Source: an uncultured Chloroflexia bacterium (lineage in GTDB: Bacteria; Chloroflexota; Anaerolineae; JAAYZQ01). Taken from it: a stretch of DNA of 64,000 bases. The notes beneath the pieces are model-generated. The model was not told where the DNA came from. It did no database searches and was given only the letters and a program-made list of their open reading frames with translations. The position numbers were made by a program, and so were the translations under genes. The DNA lies in assembly GCA_963700285.1 (NCBI GenBank), contig CAVOXA010000009.1, forward strand, positions 1-64,000, in the 5' to 3' direction. Of the stretch, positions 61,845 to 64,000 are shown one piece after another; the stretch's first letter is position 1; each line of letters begins with the position of its first letter.

Positions 61845-63053
61845 CTAGATCACCAGCGAGCCCTCTTTGTAGACCGTGATCCGCTCGCTATCCTGCAGCA
61901 CCGTGATGTCATCAAGCGGGTTGCCATCAACGACCAGGATGTCGGCCAGTTTGCCGGCCTCCAGCGTGCCCACCTGCTCGCCCAGGAGACAGCACGCGGC
62001 AGCGTTCTTGGTTCCGGCGACGATGGCCTCCAGGGCTGAAAGACCGCCTTCCTCCATCATCAATTGCAGCTCAACGGCATTCGTACCATGCATGTCGGCG
62101 ATGAAGGCGTCGGTGCCCAGCGCCACCCTGACACCGGCCTCGCAGGCCCGGCGGTAGCTGCCCGCCCCCTCTTCCGCCAGCCGTTCTTCCTTGCGCTTGG
62201 ACGATTCGCTGAGACCTGCCGTGTCTCGCCTATCGTCCAGGATCTTGACAATGTGCAAGGTGGGCACCAAATAGATCCCTGTTTCCAGGAACAGATCAAT
62301 GGCTTCTGCATCCAGCACGTTTCCATGCTCGATAGATGTGACTCCCGCGCGCAGGGCGCTCTTGATCCCGGCGTTGCCTTCGGCATGGGCCATCACGCCT
62401 GCGCCCCACCGGCCAGCTTCATCGACGATCACATCCAGCTCTGCTGGAGACCATTCCGCGACAAAGGGTGAACCCTGGGGTGCGACGACGCCTCCCGTGG
62501 CAAAGACCTTGACAAAGTCAGCCCCCTCGCGCAGCACCTTGCGCATCGTCTTGCGCACCTCTTCGACCCCATCGCAGACACGCCAGGCATCCTCGTTCAG
62601 GATCTGCGCCCCAGAGGGGAAGTACAGTTCCATCAGGCCGCCGGTTTGCCCAATCATGCCCGAGACGACGAGCCGGGGGCCGGTAACGAGCCCCATCTCA
62701 ATGGCCTGGCGCATGCCGGCATCGGCCCCGCCCGCATCCCGGACCGTGGTGAATCCGGCCCGCAGCGTCCGCTCAAGGTTCTGGGCCGCCTCAAAGTAGG
62801 AGACGGCCTTGGGCGTGAACAGCCGCTGTTCCAGCGATGCTGAGGTGGACATGATGTGTACGTGGGTATCGATCAGACCGGGCATCACCGTCTTGCCAGA
62901 TGCATCCAGGGTCTCTGCTCCACCGGGGATGCTGACCTCCGCTGCCGGTCCCACGGCCTTGATCCTCCTGCCTTCGACCAGAACGACAGCATCCTCGATG
63001 GCAGCGCCGCCGCGGCCGTCAACAAGAAGCCCTGCTTTAATTGCCTGTATCAT
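61845..63053 (-). CDS. Metal-dependent amidohydrolase (prolidase-like subgroup)
   Basis: PGLIDTHVH, GFTTVRDAGG, KVFATGG, AHA, SIEHG, GTDA, GKLAD. Confidence 0.92.
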   Translation of the reverse strand: MIQAIKAGLLVDGRGGAAIEDAVVLVEGRRIKAVGPAAEVSIPGGAETLDASGKTVMPGLIDTHVHIMSTSASLEQRLFTPKAVSYFEAAQNLERTLRAGFTTVRDAGGADAGMRQAIEMGLVTGPRLVVSGMIGQTGGLMELYFPSGAQILNEDAWRVCDGVEEVRKTMRKVLREGADFVKVFATGGVVAPQGSPFVAEWSPAELDVIVDEAGRWGAGVMAHAEGNAGIKSALRAGVTSIEHGNVLDAEAIDLFLETGIYLVPTLHIVKILDDRRDTAGLSESSKRKEERLAEEGAGSYRRACEAGVRVALGTDAFIADMHGTNAVELQLMMEEGGLSALEAIVAGTKNAAACCLLGEQVGTLEAGKLADILVVDGNPLDDITVLQDSERITVYKEGSLVI

Positions 63054-63288
63054 GGATTGGTCCTTTCTCGACTGTAGCAGCGTACTTCGCCTGACCCATC
63101 GAAACCTTATGTCTAGTATCACCCGCTCGATGAGGATCACCGTGCCGTGAAGCCGCTGCCCAGTCTCCCTGGCTTGGATTGTTCCCGAAAGCCCCCTTTC
63201 TGACTCGGACATTATAAAGGCATATGGGCCACCTGTCAAAGTCGTCTGAAGCGCCACAAGCCGCGCCAGGGCAGCACAGGCACCGGAT

Positions 63289-63317
63289 TTGACAAAAATA
63301 CCGCTCCCGGGTATAAT
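63289..63317 (+). promoter_or_regulatory. Perfect-consensus sigma70 promoter
   Basis: TTGACA-17 bp-TATAAT. Confidence 0.8.
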
Positions 63318-63354
63318 CTCTAACGCTGGTCAAGTTAATCGGTTTGGCATCGTT

Positions 63355-63392
63355 CACCGCTCCGATTCACGCAATCGGAGCGGTGTTTCTTT
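63355..63392 (+). terminator. Terminator-like hairpin inside the 5' leader of the helicase gene
   Basis: caccgctccgatt-cacgc-aatcggagcggtg-tttcttt. Confidence 0.7.
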
Positions 63393-63485
63393 GTGCCAGT
63401 CTGGACCGACTCACAGGTGATAAACCTGAATCTATCAGAGAGTCAAGAGTGCGACTTGGCTCAATGCAGTCAAGGAGTACTGAAC

Positions 63486-64000
63486 TTGAATTTCGAACAA
63501 TTTTCTTTTGACCCGCGCATCGACGCGGGCATCAAGGCGGCTGGGTACACCACGCCCACCCCGATTCAGCAGCAGGCGATCCCCGTCGTGCTGCAAGGGC
63601 GCGACGTTTTGGGCATAGCCCAGACCGGCACCGGCAAGACCGCGGCCTTTGTGCTGCCCATTCTGCAGCGGCTGACCCAAGGCCCCCGGCGCCGGGTGCG
63701 CGCCCTCATCGTGGCGCCCACGCGCGAACTGGCCGAACAGATCCACCAGGCGAGCGTCGATCTGGGCCGGAAAACGCAGGTGCGCAGCGTCACCGTCTAT
63801 GGCGGCGTCAGCAAGAATCGCCAGGTCGAGGCCCTGCGGCGCGGCGCCGAGATCGTCGTCGCCTGCCCGGGCCGCCTGCTCGATCTGGCCGGCGACCGCA
63901 GCATCGACCTGTCGCACGTCGAGGTGCTGGTCCTGGACGAAGCCGACCGCATGTGCGACATGGGCTTCCTGCCCGACATTCGCCGCATTCTGAAGCTCGT
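63486..64000 (+). CDS. DEAD-box RNA helicase (RhlE-like), runs off window
   Basis: TTG start after AAGGAG; GY..PTPIQ, AQTGTGKT, PTRELA.Q, GG, LDEADRM.DMGF; absent from the ORF track because it has no stop. Confidence 0.95.
   Translation, partial: MNFEQFSFDPRIDAGIKAAGYTTPTPIQQQAIPVVLQGRDVLGIAQTGTGKTAAFVLPILQRLTQGPRRRVRALIVAPTRELAEQIHQASVDLGRKTQVRSVTVYGGVSKNRQVEALRRGAEIVVACPGRLLDLAGDRSIDLSHVEVLVLDEADRMCDMGFLPDIRRILKL

Noticed and set aside
1-64000. Mass pseudogenisation or programmed frameshifting
   Set aside because: Indels hit essential genes such as asnS, lack slippery-site patterns and come without nonsense decay; long-read error is more parsimonious.

Overview
GC-rich bacterial chromosome segment. 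Gene content, V/E/T-rich lipoprotein linkers and C-terminal 'xLPxV' tails suggest Chloroflexota, probably Anaerolineae (inference). Single-base indels break many clearly essential genes (asnS, selD, oppD/F) and are densest in the first 5.5 kb, so most frameshifts are probably long-read errors; coordinates of frameshifted genes are approximate. Left end: the 5' part of a class I DISARM anti-phage locus (drmD SNF2 helicase, start of the drmMI methyltransferase) with a GxxExxY nuclease gene and palindromic repeats wedged between them. Then: a secreted triple-repeat protein, a LipS2-type radical SAM gene, proC, a peptide ABC locus with two permease pairs, amidohydrolase-thpR-TIGR00725-prs, a degenerate Amt lacking both conserved His, Mut7-C, rsfS, a dehydratase-subunit/EamA/ABC/phosphodiesterase operon, rpsT, a GT2/GH/DUF11 cluster, a K+ channel, a large FG-GAP/CARDB secreted protein bracketed by ~75-bp direct repeats, AMMECR1, nfi-sirtuin-aminotransferase, acyltransferase-pgsA-cax, asnS, acyP, FecR, MFS, an internally deleted ISKra4-like element, tRNAs Phe-Gly-Cys-Leu, yedF-DUF3343-selD (Sec-encoding UGA plus SECIS-like hairpin), a lipoprotein with unfamiliar GNGYGPYG repeats, an IolG/IolD-like pair, an amidohydrolase and a DEAD-box helicase whose leader holds a terminator. 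Many distinct REP-like palindrome types occupy the intergenic regions. No CRISPR array or rRNA was found.
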